Virus record (IMG/VR): IMGVR_UViG_3300027898_000001
Direction: 5' to 3' (one strand)
Length of the DNA stretch: 64,000 bases
From: a virus
Taxonomy: Duplodnaviria > Caudoviricetes
The first letter of the stretch is position 1. Each line of letters begins with the position of its first letter. Below the pieces are notes generated by a model. The model was not told the origin of the DNA. It saw nothing but the letters and a program-made list of their open reading frames with translations, and ran no database searches. Both the position numbers and the translations under genes were made by a program. Of this stretch, positions 44,147-54,977 are shown piece after piece.

Positions 44147-46165
44147 TTATATCTTGAATTTCTTACGGAAACTCTCAATAGTCATTACAGGGATATTTGC
44201 AGCCTCAGCTGCTTCTGTTTTGTTGTTACTATTGCCAAGTTTTGTGATTACGTGCGTAGCTGTTTTAACACTACTAGCTTCTGCACCGCCATTTTTCTTA
44301 ACGTCCTCTACTAACTGCGCGTCACGAACCCCAGTCAGTAATATTTTAACTCCGCTGAGTTTTGTACTGATGGGTTTCTCTTTCTTAGGTTCAGGTACTA
44401 TAACAATCCCTAAATGCGCAACGAACTCGACAAACTTAGGCAAACGCTCTGCAATTGTTTTAGCTGTATCTGCAATGCCGTGTACTTTGCGAATACGATC
44501 TTCCAATGAGTGTGCATCTTCAATTGTAGCCAAAGTCATAATGTTGGGTATTGCTGTGATAACATCTTGTAGTTTACTGCTGCCAACTTTATCGCCAAAT
44601 ATATTACTAGCATAGCCTAGCGTAGCGAACCTAGCATTGGTCTTAACTACTTTAAGATTATCGACTACGTTCTTGGCACTAGTTTGTTGAAAGCCATCTA
44701 ACGCTATAAGATCGGACATTGTTACACGCAGTATTTTACGGATAGTATTGAAGCCATTATCGTATAACTTAGCTACAGTACCTTCACGCAGACCATCCAC
44801 GTCTAATACGTTGAAGAAATGCACAATACGTTTCTTTTTAATATCTTTTGAATCCTTAGATACCATGGCATGTACACCACCTTCACCTATTACGAATGGA
44901 ACACTAGGTGTAGATGCTTTTCTAGCAGGCTTAATTACTTGCAGAATATATGGTATTACATCACCGCTACGAACAACACGTATAACACTACCCACATTAA
45001 TAGGTAGTACAGGCAACTTGATTTTCCTTTTAGCGGCTGCTGCTTCATCTTTAGTGGTGTATCCGTGTTGCATATAAAAATAATTGTGACCTGCAAAGTG
45101 TTTAACTTCAACACCACCTAAGTCAACTGGATCTACTATGATACGTGGAATTAAACGATTGTGTCGAGATTCGTTCCACTCAATTGCTTTAACAACTACA
45201 TCTTTTGCAGCATCCAATGAATTGACTTTGAATGCTCTGGAGTGTTTAGGATTAGATGCTGCTGCTTTATATGGGGTGTCATGTTCTACGATAATACCAT
45301 CAATCTCATAATAAGAAGTGGCTTTGTACTTATCCAACAACTGAAGCAATGAGGCTTCATTAACTTTCGACACAATAGAGTGACGAACAACAGTAAATCC
45401 CAATCGCTTTAGAATAGACAGTTGTTTTGATTTACTCTGTCCAGCACCCTTACCCCGAAGAATCTCATAACAGGTAACATCGAAGTCTGCTACAGCTTTA
45501 CTTGGAGCATTACGTGTAAGCAATCCACCACCCATGTTGCGAGCAGTCTTGTACTTACCAGTTCCATTTGCCTTCGAGTGTTTTGCATGAAACGATTTCT
45601 TTTTAATTAGAAATTCTGCGCGTAAGATAAATTCATTATTTATAGGTATGTTTTTAGGAATGTTTAAAGCTGGAATTACACCACTCACATCATTGCCTTT
45701 AGTACCATCACCACGAGTATAGCACTTACTAGGTACACCGTTTTGATACACCACTTCTAGGGATATACCATCTAGCTTATCACTGATTACATAAGAACCG
45801 GCTGTCAAGAATTTTGACATATCTTGACCTGGCTTTATTTTATCTTGACTTGCCATTGGAATAGGTAACTTAACTTCTACTACACCATTTCTAGGCTTCT
45901 TGCTAGCAGGTGCACCTATTTTACTCGCATAAACACTATCAGGAAATGTTTCAAGAATCCAATCTTTGAAAATATCGTACACATCATTAGAAACAGGTGA
46001 CTTATTTTTAGTGTGGTACTGAATATCCAGTTTCTTGGCTACAGCAATAGCATCCCGCTTTGTAATGTGCAAATGTTCAATAAACTTTGAACCATATTTC
46101 TTGATATACCGTGAAATGATCTTAACATCTTCTTCCACGCTTGCTGTAGCCATAAACTGTAACAT
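44147..46165 (-). CDS. ligA: NAD-dependent DNA ligase
   Basis: SDKLDG adenylation motif, TRGDG, EIDGII, RSGDVIPYI, HhH region, C-terminal BRCT. Confidence 0.95.
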   Translation of the reverse strand: MLQFMATASVEEDVKIISRYIKKYGSKFIEHLHITKRDAIAVAKKLDIQYHTKNKSPVSNDVYDIFKDWILETFPDSVYASKIGAPASKKPRNGVVEVKLPIPMASQDKIKPGQDMSKFLTAGSYVISDKLDGISLEVVYQNGVPSKCYTRGDGTKGNDVSGVIPALNIPKNIPINNEFILRAEFLIKKKSFHAKHSKANGTGKYKTARNMGGGLLTRNAPSKAVADFDVTCYEILRGKGAGQSKSKQLSILKRLGFTVVRHSIVSKVNEASLLQLLDKYKATSYYEIDGIIVEHDTPYKAAASNPKHSRAFKVNSLDAAKDVVVKAIEWNESRHNRLIPRIIVDPVDLGGVEVKHFAGHNYFYMQHGYTTKDEAAAAKRKIKLPVLPINVGSVIRVVRSGDVIPYILQVIKPARKASTPSVPFVIGEGGVHAMVSKDSKDIKKKRIVHFFNVLDVDGLREGTVAKLYDNGFNTIRKILRVTMSDLIALDGFQQTSAKNVVDNLKVVKTNARFATLGYASNIFGDKVGSSKLQDVITAIPNIMTLATIEDAHSLEDRIRKVHGIADTAKTIAERLPKFVEFVAHLGIVIVPEPKKEKPISTKLSGVKILLTGVRDAQLVEDVKKNGGAEASSVKTATHVITKLGNSNNKTEAAEAANIPVMTIESFRKKFKI

Positions 46166-47562
46166 TATTTCACCAATGATATTGATTTGAATGTAGCGAA
46201 TTCTGCCTGTGTTTGCAGCTTCGCCAATTTATCGGTAGGGTACGTCTTATCCATTATTTCTGCAACCTTTTCAAACTCACGCATAGTGAAAGCAACAGGT
46301 AAACGTATACGATAGAACTCATCATCTTCTGAGTCCACTTCATATAAGAAATACTCCATGAGATTATCATTGCGTTCAAACTCGTGCGCATCGACTACAA
46401 CGAATTCACGCTTACCTGCTTTAAATATGGTACCGGGCTGCAATTGATCTGCAACTTCGTTCTCCAAATCTTCGACAGCGTGTTTAGGTAAATTTTCGTC
46501 TTCGTCATCGTCCTGTTTAAACTTAACAGGTTTCTCATGTTGCTTAGCATCTTGTTCAAGGTCAATAGGTGTATCCATTTCCTTTTGGATGTCTGCGGGT
46601 CTACCGTCACTATGATTTTCTGTATCATCATAGCCTATATTCTCATCCCAGTCTTCCAAGTCGGGAATCTTCGTTATTACGTTATTTACAACATTTTTGA
46701 TTCTGTTCGCTGTATTTAAACGTCGGCGATCTCCATGCAGTTTAGCTACATCGGACACCTCTTTAATGTCGTATTTAGGTACAATAACATCTTCTAATGC
46801 TCGTGGTATTATAGGCGTAGCACTAGTATCACGAGGTCTGCGTACAATGATACTATTTTTACTCGCACGATCTTGTTTTTTCAATACTTTACCTGTAGGC
46901 AAATCTACAATACCTTTACGTTGTTGGGTTAGAGGTAGGCAACGTGAATTATTTTTAATGTGGTCGTACATTTCATGCGAAATCATTACACGCTTATCGT
47001 CATCGTGAATGACATAACCACCTATGGATGGATTCACGTAACGTAAACCTACAATATCACCAGTATGTAAAACAGTTTTCGTCTTACCTGCACGTTTAGA
47101 TTCAACGTGTATAGTAGGTTTATTTACTTTACGCCACTGATAATTCTCATAATCCAATTCACTTGCTTCAATAACTTTGTGTTCTGGTTTAAAATAATCG
47201 TCAGTGCGTAGTCTTGTGGCTTTTAGTTTAGGAGCAGTATCTACTTTACGCGCGCGAACATAACCAGCATCTAGTTCCACCTGTGGTATGGCACCACGAT
47301 AGGGTTTAGCGTGTTCCATGATAGCATTATGTACTTTTTCAGGAAATCGAAACGTGATATGAAGTGCATCTGCTTTGATTAATTGAAAACCTTTTCTATT
47401 ACCTTTAATGCCGAACAAGTCACCCTTATTAAGAATCAGCTTGTGTTTAGCATTGTACATATTGTTGGGTTTAAATGGGACTTGGCGTGTAAAAACGAGC
47501 CACGAAAATGAAGACGTATCAAGATCGAGCAGTCCAGCTTCTGCTAAAAACATATTAACCAC
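46165..47562 (-). CDS. hypothetical protein (465 aa)
   Basis: Long ORF coupled to the ligase start. Confidence 0.75.
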   Translation of the reverse strand: MVNMFLAEAGLLDLDTSSFSWLVFTRQVPFKPNNMYNAKHKLILNKGDLFGIKGNRKGFQLIKADALHITFRFPEKVHNAIMEHAKPYRGAIPQVELDAGYVRARKVDTAPKLKATRLRTDDYFKPEHKVIEASELDYENYQWRKVNKPTIHVESKRAGKTKTVLHTGDIVGLRYVNPSIGGYVIHDDDKRVMISHEMYDHIKNNSRCLPLTQQRKGIVDLPTGKVLKKQDRASKNSIIVRRPRDTSATPIIPRALEDVIVPKYDIKEVSDVAKLHGDRRRLNTANRIKNVVNNVITKIPDLEDWDENIGYDDTENHSDGRPADIQKEMDTPIDLEQDAKQHEKPVKFKQDDDEDENLPKHAVEDLENEVADQLQPGTIFKAGKREFVVVDAHEFERNDNLMEYFLYEVDSEDDEFYRIRLPVAFTMREFEKVAEIMDKTYPTDKLAKLQTQAEFATFKSISLVK

Positions 47563-49213
47563 CTTTTATATAACCAGCAACAATCGGATTAGCACCGCCA
47601 AGCATGTTAGCTGTGTATACAAAGCCGCCACCTTCCCAAAGAATAGGAATTGAAATATTCAATTTTGTACTCGGAGAAGTAAATCTAAATGCTAGTGTAT
47701 TACCATTTACTAATGATGCTGTTTGTGCAGACACACTGCCATTTTTCAACAACGTAGAACTGTATATATTTGGTATTGTGATAGTAGCAGGACCATCCGC
47801 AATACCCGCAACAGTTACAGAAGTTGTAGTAGTGACCGTGTTTATTGCAGGTACAGAACTACTATACGTTACGTTATCTGGAGCATTATCTTTTACGCTA
47901 AGCATACTAGGAGCATCTTCATAAAAACGGCTCGTGTATACAATAGAACTGCTACTATCTTTTGTCATACCAACAAGAAGTCTAGCAGTATCACTTGCTG
48001 TATATGCACCAAGAACTGTAGGACTTGTCAAAGCATACTTACCGAATGTACCGTTGTTAATACTACCAACACACAAATAACTAGGTGTGACTACCACATG
48101 TGTAGGGTTTTGTAATACTGTTTGATTTACGACAGCGTTAGTAATCAAATCAATTATGCTTACGTTATCTGAACCTGCATTGGCAACGTACACATTGGTG
48201 TTAGACATGCAGATAGCCCAAGGATCAGTACCGACAGTTATGTACACAGGAGCTGTCACACTATCGTAAAACACTTTAGCTACTTGATTAGTTCCTAAAC
48301 AAGTTACCCAAGCATTGTTGCCACTGTCTACAGCTATTTGGTGTGGCTTAGTGCCTGCAGGCAAATCGAAATAGAATAGTCTTGATAGAGTTGTACCGTT
48401 AACGTACTTCCAATATTCAACTCTGTCAGCATCGTGACATGCTACCCAGAAACCATAGTCACCAGCAGTAGGTGTAGAAGTACCACATACACCATAAGGA
48501 CCTGCACCCGTATGTGCAGTCGCTAGTAAAGAGTGAGTAGCCCCATCATAAACATAAACAGCATTATCTACAGGTGATGATACCAATGTGTTCGCAAATG
48601 TATTGTTTGCTGGAGAGGCTGTTGGTGTATAGCTGACGCAATATGGATGATTAATAGTCCAGTAATCAACAGCTAGTCCAGTAGCTGGACTGATACGATG
48701 CACTTTATTATCAACATAGTCAGCTAAAAACAAGTAAGGTAAACCATCATTAGTAGGTCCACCTGTAGTTGGTGTAATATTTGTAGTCACGGTACCATTG
48801 GTAGACAGTGTTGTCGCTTTTAATCTATTGTTGGGAGACACTTCTGTATACCCAGCAAAGTTTGAAAAAGGATTATCTGTAGTTGCCGCTGTGTATAATG
48901 CTAGTGTAGGATCTTGTACAGTTATAGCACCAAACACAGTCATCGCAAGATTTGCAAATAGAACAGGTGCGAACACAGGCGTACTGTATGCGTTCGGCAT
49001 AGTACCAGTAACAGCTAATGTATCACCACTACTAACTGTGGTAGTTGTACCTACTGTAGAACCATTCTTTAAAAAGGTTGCACCGGATAATGTAACTGTA
49101 CCTGTAAACGATACTGCGGTGTTAGGAGGTATGCTTAATAACGTAATGGCGTCAGACGTTACTACTGTACCTTTAGCCACATTGTATTTGGGCTGTATTT
49201 GAGGAATGCTCAT
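47555..49213 (-). CDS. YVTN/NHL beta-propeller tail adhesin-like protein
   Basis: GAGPYGV, GTDPWAI, VYVANAGSDNVSIIDL repeats flanked by Thr-rich Ig-like segments. Confidence 0.7.
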   Translation of the reverse strand: MSIPQIQPKYNVAKGTVVTSDAITLLSIPPNTAVSFTGTVTLSGATFLKNGSTVGTTTTVSSGDTLAVTGTMPNAYSTPVFAPVLFANLAMTVFGAITVQDPTLALYTAATTDNPFSNFAGYTEVSPNNRLKATTLSTNGTVTTNITPTTGGPTNDGLPYLFLADYVDNKVHRISPATGLAVDYWTINHPYCVSYTPTASPANNTFANTLVSSPVDNAVYVYDGATHSLLATAHTGAGPYGVCGTSTPTAGDYGFWVACHDADRVEYWKYVNGTTLSRLFYFDLPAGTKPHQIAVDSGNNAWVTCLGTNQVAKVFYDSVTAPVYITVGTDPWAICMSNTNVYVANAGSDNVSIIDLITNAVVNQTVLQNPTHVVVTPSYLCVGSINNGTFGKYALTSPTVLGAYTASDTARLLVGMTKDSSSSIVYTSRFYEDAPSMLSVKDNAPDNVTYSSSVPAINTVTTTTSVTVAGIADGPATITIPNIYSSTLLKNGSVSAQTASLVNGNTLAFRFTSPSTKLNISIPILWEGGGFVYTANMLGGANPIVAGYIKGG

Positions 49214-49223
49214 ACGTTATCCC

Positions 49224-49829
49224 TTATTCTAATGGTAACCACGATACCGAAACAGAAGGTGTTACAGAACTAGCACCAGTATTTGTTATACGCCAATATG
49301 TGGTAACGATAGGTGTAGCTTCCAGATTACACAGAATACCATAACGTCTACCAAAACTAATTGAGTTATCTTGTAACTTACTGCTACCATCATCAGTCAA
49401 ATGACCAGTGTAGGAAATAAAGGTGTATGGATTCGCATCGTTACGTGCAACTGTACTAAATGCTTCGATCTTCAAACTAGGATCACTAACAGTTAAAGTT
49501 TGAATAATGCTAGTTAAGCCAGTATCTATAGTGAAATCTAACGTACCATTAGCTGCAATTGCAGAAGCAGCCGTATATGTAATGCTATTACGCACAGGAG
49601 TTGTTATAACAGGTACCCACGTAGTCAAAGCACCTACGTTGACAGTGAACGTGAGTCCTGTATCTTGACAATACACCAGCATGCCGGCTTTACGTGCAGA
49701 TACTGGAATAGCGTCACGCGCTGCGGTTGTAGCAACACAACGATAACCACCACGTAAATAAATATCTTCCATTAGAAATGGAATAGCTGAGGATGACGGT
49801 ACAACAAACGAAGTAAAGATGAGAGGCAT
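49224..49829 (-). CDS. tail fibre-associated protein
   Basis: N-terminus paralogous to the N-terminus of the long fibre at 54924. Confidence 0.6.
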   Translation of the reverse strand: MPLIFTSFVVPSSSAIPFLMEDIYLRGGYRCVATTAARDAIPVSARKAGMLVYCQDTGLTFTVNVGALTTWVPVITTPVRNSITYTAASAIAANGTLDFTIDTGLTSIIQTLTVSDPSLKIEAFSTVARNDANPYTFISYTGHLTDDGSSKLQDNSISFGRRYGILCNLEATPIVTTYWRITNTGASSVTPSVSVSWLPLE

Positions 49830-49854
49830 TTTAAGGACTCCGAAGGAATGTATG

Positions 49855-50418
49855 TTAAATTATTTGGCAAAGCACATCTAAGTCCAGTTGCTGTAACGCT
49901 GTGAAGGTAGTTGTATTATCAATTATAGTTTTTGCATTAAACTCCATGTCGAAACATTTTTGAACATGTGTAGAGTAGAGTACGTTTAATGCAGTCAATT
50001 CAGTCAATGTGAAGGTCACCCACAAATTTGAATTAAATTTCCAATTTAAAGTAGCTGCTCCAGAAGATTGCATACCATTCAATTCAGCCGCAATTGATTT
50101 ACGTGTAGTGCGATCAGAGGGTAATACAGTATTGTTGAAAGTAACTCCACCGACTTCTATATCATAACGGCGATTTGCTACAGTATTTTTTAAAATAGCT
50201 TGCACATCAGGTACACTTCTATTTGTTATTTCGAGAGAACCATCTATGCGTTGTGTGTATGTAAAGAAGTTTAGATCGGGTATTACAGGATCAGGTACTT
50301 CTGTAATACCGTATTGTGTTCGAGAATCAGCATCTAAAAAGAAGTTGGCTGGAAATTGAATATCATCGAAAACATGTGAAACATTTATATCGAACAACTC
50401 ACCATTGCGTAAAAACAT
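49855..50418 (-). CDS. tail fibre assembly chaperone (DUF4376-like)
   Basis: RYDIEVGGVTF...SDRTTR...WKF...HVQKCFD; ATG at 50418. Confidence 0.7.
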   Translation of the reverse strand: MFLRNGELFDINVSHVFDDIQFPANFFLDADSRTQYGITEVPDPVIPDLNFFTYTQRIDGSLEITNRSVPDVQAILKNTVANRRYDIEVGGVTFNNTVLPSDRTTRKSIAAELNGMQSSGAATLNWKFNSNLWVTFTLTELTALNVLYSTHVQKCFDMEFNAKTIIDNTTTFTALQQLDLDVLCQII

Positions 50419-50453
50419 ATAATCACCATGAGAAATAGGATCGCAAGATATAT

Positions 50454-51071
50454 TTAACCCCACGCAGAGAAACCTGATGGTGGTGTATATAACAATTGAC
50501 TTACATCGAAAAATGCATTCCAAACATTGTTAGATTGGACTGCACTATCAGACCGTGCGCAAATACCGTAAGAACCACCAGCGGTCATTGCACCGGTAGG
50601 TGTGGTACCTGTAGCAGGATTACCGCTGTTTATATAATTAGGCACATTAAATGGATCCATGAACCAAATTTTCTTATTATCTAAGTCAACGGCTACACCA
50701 TAACGTGTATTAGAGGCGTGAGCTATTGAAAAATGTGTAGAGCTACCATCTCCGTAATAATCACCAGCAGATCTCATTAGATACTGCCCAACATTCAAAT
50801 ACGATGTTGACATATTAGAGGTTGTTATGGCTACACCCCAAAATATGTCATTACCATTAGAGTAGTTTATCGTTATCTCGAAATACCATTTACCTGTACT
50901 ATGTTTTGTTACAGAAAATGCACCGGCATAAGAACCAGTAGCGTTTTCTGATATAGTTCTATTCCCATTAGAGTAAGTCATTCCAAATTGCGATGTTGTA
51001 TCCCAAGCACCAAGACTAGCTACAACAGGTTGAGGGGCTAATAGTAATGAGTTTGCACCACCTGGATTCAT
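50454..51071 (-). CDS. SPRY-domain tail protein
   Basis: GKWYFEI, YGVAVDLDNKKIWF, SGNPATG. Confidence 0.8.
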   Translation of the reverse strand: MNPGGANSLLLAPQPVVASLGAWDTTSQFGMTYSNGNRTISENATGSYAGAFSVTKHSTGKWYFEITINYSNGNDIFWGVAITTSNMSTSYLNVGQYLMRSAGDYYGDGSSTHFSIAHASNTRYGVAVDLDNKKIWFMDPFNVPNYINSGNPATGTTPTGAMTAGGSYGICARSDSAVQSNNVWNAFFDVSQLLYTPPSGFSAWG

Positions 51072-51072
51072 A

Positions 51073-54000
51073 TTAAGTACCTTTCAACAAATTGCATACA
51101 ATACGACCAGTAGTATCAACTTGATACACTAGCATATCAATAGCGCTCGCAGTAGTGGTTAAAGCAGGTGCAGTACCACCAGCAAATCTCCAAGCAGTAG
51201 AGTACGCTAAAGTACGGCTACCTGTACTGTCTTGTGCTATAGTAATACATCCACTTTGACCTACTACAATATTTGTAGGTGTAGCTAAAGTGGCGTTGCC
51301 TGTTAGAGTTACAGTAAAGTGGTTAGCTACACTAAAGTCTGGAGTAATAGTAGTAGCATACGTCAATGTAGTTTTATTACCACGAGTTGCAGCATTAAAT
51401 TGGCTATTGCCGGCTACAGTTAAGTTGCCTGTTAGCGCTGTATTGATACCAGTTATCTGAAGAGGTATTTGGTTAGATGCGTTCCACAAGCCTACAGATG
51501 TACTATCTGAGTATAAACCGCCTTGCAACGCACCGGAACTATCATACATTCCAATACGAGCTGCACCAGTCGCACCAGATTTAAGATTTACTGATGTACC
51601 TGTAGCTGTTAAGAAACCTGTAGCTGTTATATTTACGTTTCCTTGTACTGTTAATGCACCTGTTAACGTACCACCTGATAGTGGTAAATAAGAACCACCA
51701 GATCCAGCCAACTGTGTTGTTGCTCCATTTATCTGAGCAAATACACCAGATGTGGTGGACCATACATCACCATTCACAGGTGTTGTCGGGGCTACACCAT
51801 GAGGCAAATTAAGACTGGCTGCAGACGTTGTAGGTGTAAGTGTGATAACTTTCCCAGTAAACGTATCACCATCTCTATTTGCAGGTGTGTAACCCAATGC
51901 TGTAGTCACGTTACTGCTGGACACAGAAGACAAATAACTAGTCACATCTAATGACGCTACACCATTGGTCATCTTAACGAGTCCAGTGGCTGCTGTAGAT
52001 AATGCAGACATACTAGTTAAGTTAGAGTTTAGAGTTTGAGCATCTACAATACCATAACCAGCAATTGATGTTGGCTTACTTGTGATATTGCTCCAGACAG
52101 GTGCAACTGCATTCTGACCAACAGAGGTGACTCTTCCTTTAGCGTCAATAGCTAATGTTAATACGGTGTTGTTACTACCATACGTGCCTGACGTAACTCC
52201 AGAATTAGCAAGAGTAGTCGCGAACGATCCACTACCACTACCGGTAACATCACCTGTTAGCGTAACTGATCCACTACCATTCAACTGTGCAGTTGATCCA
52301 TTTACTTGTGCGAATATACCAGAAGACGTTGACCACATATCACCATTTACAGGTGTTGTAGGCGCACTACCAGGAGCTAAGTTTAAATACGCATTAGTTA
52401 CTGTAGAAGCCGCTACAGTTACTTTACCTGTAGTAGCTATGTTCAAACTTTCTGAATTATTTGCACCAATAATTACAGGTGCACCATTACTATTGACACT
52501 ACCTTTAACTACGTTTTGAAACAAAAATTGCCCAAGTCCAGCTTTAGGTACATTAGTAGAATAATTACCAGTTACTGCTGTTCCATAAAATCTAGCAAGT
52601 GCTCCAGTGTATGAAGGTGTGCTAAGAAAATCATAAGCTACTGCACCGTTATCCACAACTGATGAAGTTGTACCACCTATGCCTGAATATACGGCATTAG
52701 TTGCATATAAATTGGCAGCAGATACGTTATTACCACCAGCATTTATATTACCTGTAACAGTTACACCAGTGTTGCTTACAGCCAATGACTTAGTTGCATC
52801 TGGAGAGACTAGACCCATAGAACTGCCGTCCCACTTAATGAATCCTGAGTTGGAACCATTAGTAAGACCTTGTACTGTACCTGAAGCGTTAGTTGTGTTA
52901 AGTGTGAGGGGTGTTCCAGCCGCTCCAGAGTTGATAGTTAGTGCGCCAGACATAGTATCACCAGCTTTATTAACTGGCGTAAATCCTATTGCAGTCAGAA
53001 CCGCACTATTAGATAATGAAGTTAAATAACTTGACGTGTCTATAGAAGCAACACCATTAGTCATTTTCACAAGACCCGTAGTGCTTGTACTTAATCCAGA
53101 TACGCTAGTTAAGTTAGCATTAAGTGATTGAGCATCCACAATACCGAAACCGGATAATGTTGTAGGCTTACCTGTAGTAATCTTAGACCAATCTAAATTT
53201 GGTATATCAGTAGCCGCTAAATTTGTACCTGAGGTAACACGACCTTTAGCATCAACTGTTGTTTTTGTGTACGTACCAGCTGATACTCCACTATTCGCAA
53301 GAGTAAGTGCTATAGCGTTGGTACCAGAGCCTGTAGCATCACCAGATACTGTGATAGATTGGTTCGCAGTAAGATAGTTAGATGAGTCGTATGTGATTGC
53401 ACCAGCAGTGCTCTTAACTAGACCAGTACCAGATAATAACGGTTGAGCATCGGTAATGCCGTAGCCTGATAACGTAGTTGGATTAGTACCTGAGGTAACA
53501 CGACCTTTAACATCAACTGTAACCGATTTATAAGTACCCGCTGTTACACCGGTTGGAGATAATGCTGTAGCGAATGCTCCACTACCACTACCTAATACAT
53601 CACCTGATAGTGTGATATTACCACTACCACCAAGCTGTACTGTAGAACCATTTATTTGAACATACGCAGCGCTAGATGTTGCCCACATATCACCATCAGA
53701 GGGTGCTGTTGGTGCAGTACCTACACCTAGATTCAATCCAGCACTTGAAGTGGAAGACGCGGATAAATTCACTTTACCTGTAAGTGTACCTCCACTTTTG
53801 TCTAGTTTTGTTGACAAAGATGAGGCATCCGCTTTTAATGCAAGTCCAGTTGTGTAAGTGGTTGTATCAACTTTATTCGAGAGCGCTGTATCAACGTAGG
53901 TCTTATCTGCTTTTAGTACAATGCCAGTGTTATATACTGAAGCATCCAATTTAGTGGCTAATGCTGCGTTATATGCAGTCGAATCTACTTTATTACCTAA

Positions 54001-54924
54001 TTGTGTATCTACATAAGTAACGTCAGCCTTTAAAAGTAAACTGGATGTTACAAATGCAGTACTGGCTTTTGTAGCCAATTGAGAATCAACATAAGTGGTA
54101 TCAGCTTTAGCTGCCACAGTAGAAGTATCTGCTTTACCAGCTATACTAGTGTCCACATAAGTCTTGTCTGCCTTTAACACTAAGGCGGTATTCATATCAT
54201 TTACGTTTGCTTTTGCCGTAAGTGATGTATCAACGTAGGTCTTATCTGCTTTTAAATCCAATGCCGTTTGTTGGGCTACACTGACAGGCTTAGTAGCGTC
54301 AGAAGTATTACTAACATTACCCAGACCCACATCAGTTGAGGTCAACTGTAATGCTGTTTTTGCAGTAGATGCAGTAGCACCTATGTTTAGCAAATTGGCT
54401 TCACTATATTTCGTGTACCAAGATGACCAAGTATTACTAGCGTAGAATCGTTCTTTCGCTACACCTGTAGTTGCATCATACACGGTTTGATATACTTGCT
54501 CGGCACCGGCTAGGACATGGACTAAAACTAAACCTGGAAATGGTGAATTAGGTAGACCAGAACCTCGTAGAAAACCCGTATAATGTGTATAGTTATTCAG
54601 ATCATCTTGTATAGGTACAGCAGTAGCACCTAAGCCAAATGCACCAACAACCATAGAAGCATTTTGATTCGTGTCTATAACAGTTTGCTGGACAATCGTT
54701 CTAGGTACAAGTTCCCATGTTGTTATGGTAGGACGTAAGGCAAAATACTCGTCAGTAGTAGAAACATACACCATCATACCAACTTTACGAGAACCTGTTG
54801 AGATAGCATCACGCGAAGCATAATCTGCAACTGTTCTATGTCCACCCTTAACATACTTATCTTCCAAAATAAATGGAATGGCAGTGGATGTTGGTTCAAT
54901 ATAACTCGTCAACTTAACAGACAT
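51073..54924 (-). CDS. long tail fibre protein
   Basis: KADKTYVD 13-aa repeats, three GVxxGTY..VDxKGRVT repeats, three APTxPxxGDxW motifs, C-terminal TLTQDxTGSRTL-type domain. Confidence 0.85.
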   Translation of the reverse strand: MSVKLTSYIEPTSTAIPFILEDKYVKGGHRTVADYASRDAISTGSRKVGMMVYVSTTDEYFALRPTITTWELVPRTIVQQTVIDTNQNASMVVGAFGLGATAVPIQDDLNNYTHYTGFLRGSGLPNSPFPGLVLVHVLAGAEQVYQTVYDATTGVAKERFYASNTWSSWYTKYSEANLLNIGATASTAKTALQLTSTDVGLGNVSNTSDATKPVSVAQQTALDLKADKTYVDTSLTAKANVNDMNTALVLKADKTYVDTSIAGKADTSTVAAKADTTYVDSQLATKASTAFVTSSLLLKADVTYVDTQLGNKVDSTAYNAALATKLDASVYNTGIVLKADKTYVDTALSNKVDTTTYTTGLALKADASSLSTKLDKSGGTLTGKVNLSASSTSSAGLNLGVGTAPTAPSDGDMWATSSAAYVQINGSTVQLGGSGNITLSGDVLGSGSGAFATALSPTGVTAGTYKSVTVDVKGRVTSGTNPTTLSGYGITDAQPLLSGTGLVKSTAGAITYDSSNYLTANQSITVSGDATGSGTNAIALTLANSGVSAGTYTKTTVDAKGRVTSGTNLAATDIPNLDWSKITTGKPTTLSGFGIVDAQSLNANLTSVSGLSTSTTGLVKMTNGVASIDTSSYLTSLSNSAVLTAIGFTPVNKAGDTMSGALTINSGAAGTPLTLNTTNASGTVQGLTNGSNSGFIKWDGSSMGLVSPDATKSLAVSNTGVTVTGNINAGGNNVSAANLYATNAVYSGIGGTTSSVVDNGAVAYDFLSTPSYTGALARFYGTAVTGNYSTNVPKAGLGQFLFQNVVKGSVNSNGAPVIIGANNSESLNIATTGKVTVAASTVTNAYLNLAPGSAPTTPVNGDMWSTSSGIFAQVNGSTAQLNGSGSVTLTGDVTGSGSGSFATTLANSGVTSGTYGSNNTVLTLAIDAKGRVTSVGQNAVAPVWSNITSKPTSIAGYGIVDAQTLNSNLTSMSALSTAATGLVKMTNGVASLDVTSYLSSVSSSNVTTALGYTPANRDGDTFTGKVITLTPTTSAASLNLPHGVAPTTPVNGDVWSTTSGVFAQINGATTQLAGSGGSYLPLSGGTLTGALTVQGNVNITATGFLTATGTSVNLKSGATGAARIGMYDSSGALQGGLYSDSTSVGLWNASNQIPLQITGINTALTGNLTVAGNSQFNAATRGNKTTLTYATTITPDFSVANHFTVTLTGNATLATPTNIVVGQSGCITIAQDSTGSRTLAYSTAWRFAGGTAPALTTTASAIDMLVYQVDTTGRIVCNLLKGT
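53225..53520. repeat. 35-bp direct repeat pair (1 mismatch) in the tail fibre gene
   Basis: gtacctgaggtaacacgaccttta(g/a)catcaactgt at 53225-53259 and 53486-53520. Confidence 0.85.
53887..54254. repeat. 29-bp identical direct repeat pair in the tail fibre gene
   Basis: tgtatcaacgtaggtcttatctgctttta at 53887-53915 and 54226-54254. Confidence 0.85.
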
Positions 54925-54977
54925 AAAATGTCTCCGAGAAAAGATAATGGGTCCCTATACTAGCGGACCCAAAGATG

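Noticed and set aside
54949-54970. GGGTCC/GGACCC hairpin between the Ig-repeat and fibre genes as a terminator
   Set aside because: 6-bp stem with a 10-nt loop and no adjacent U-run; possible but not supportable.
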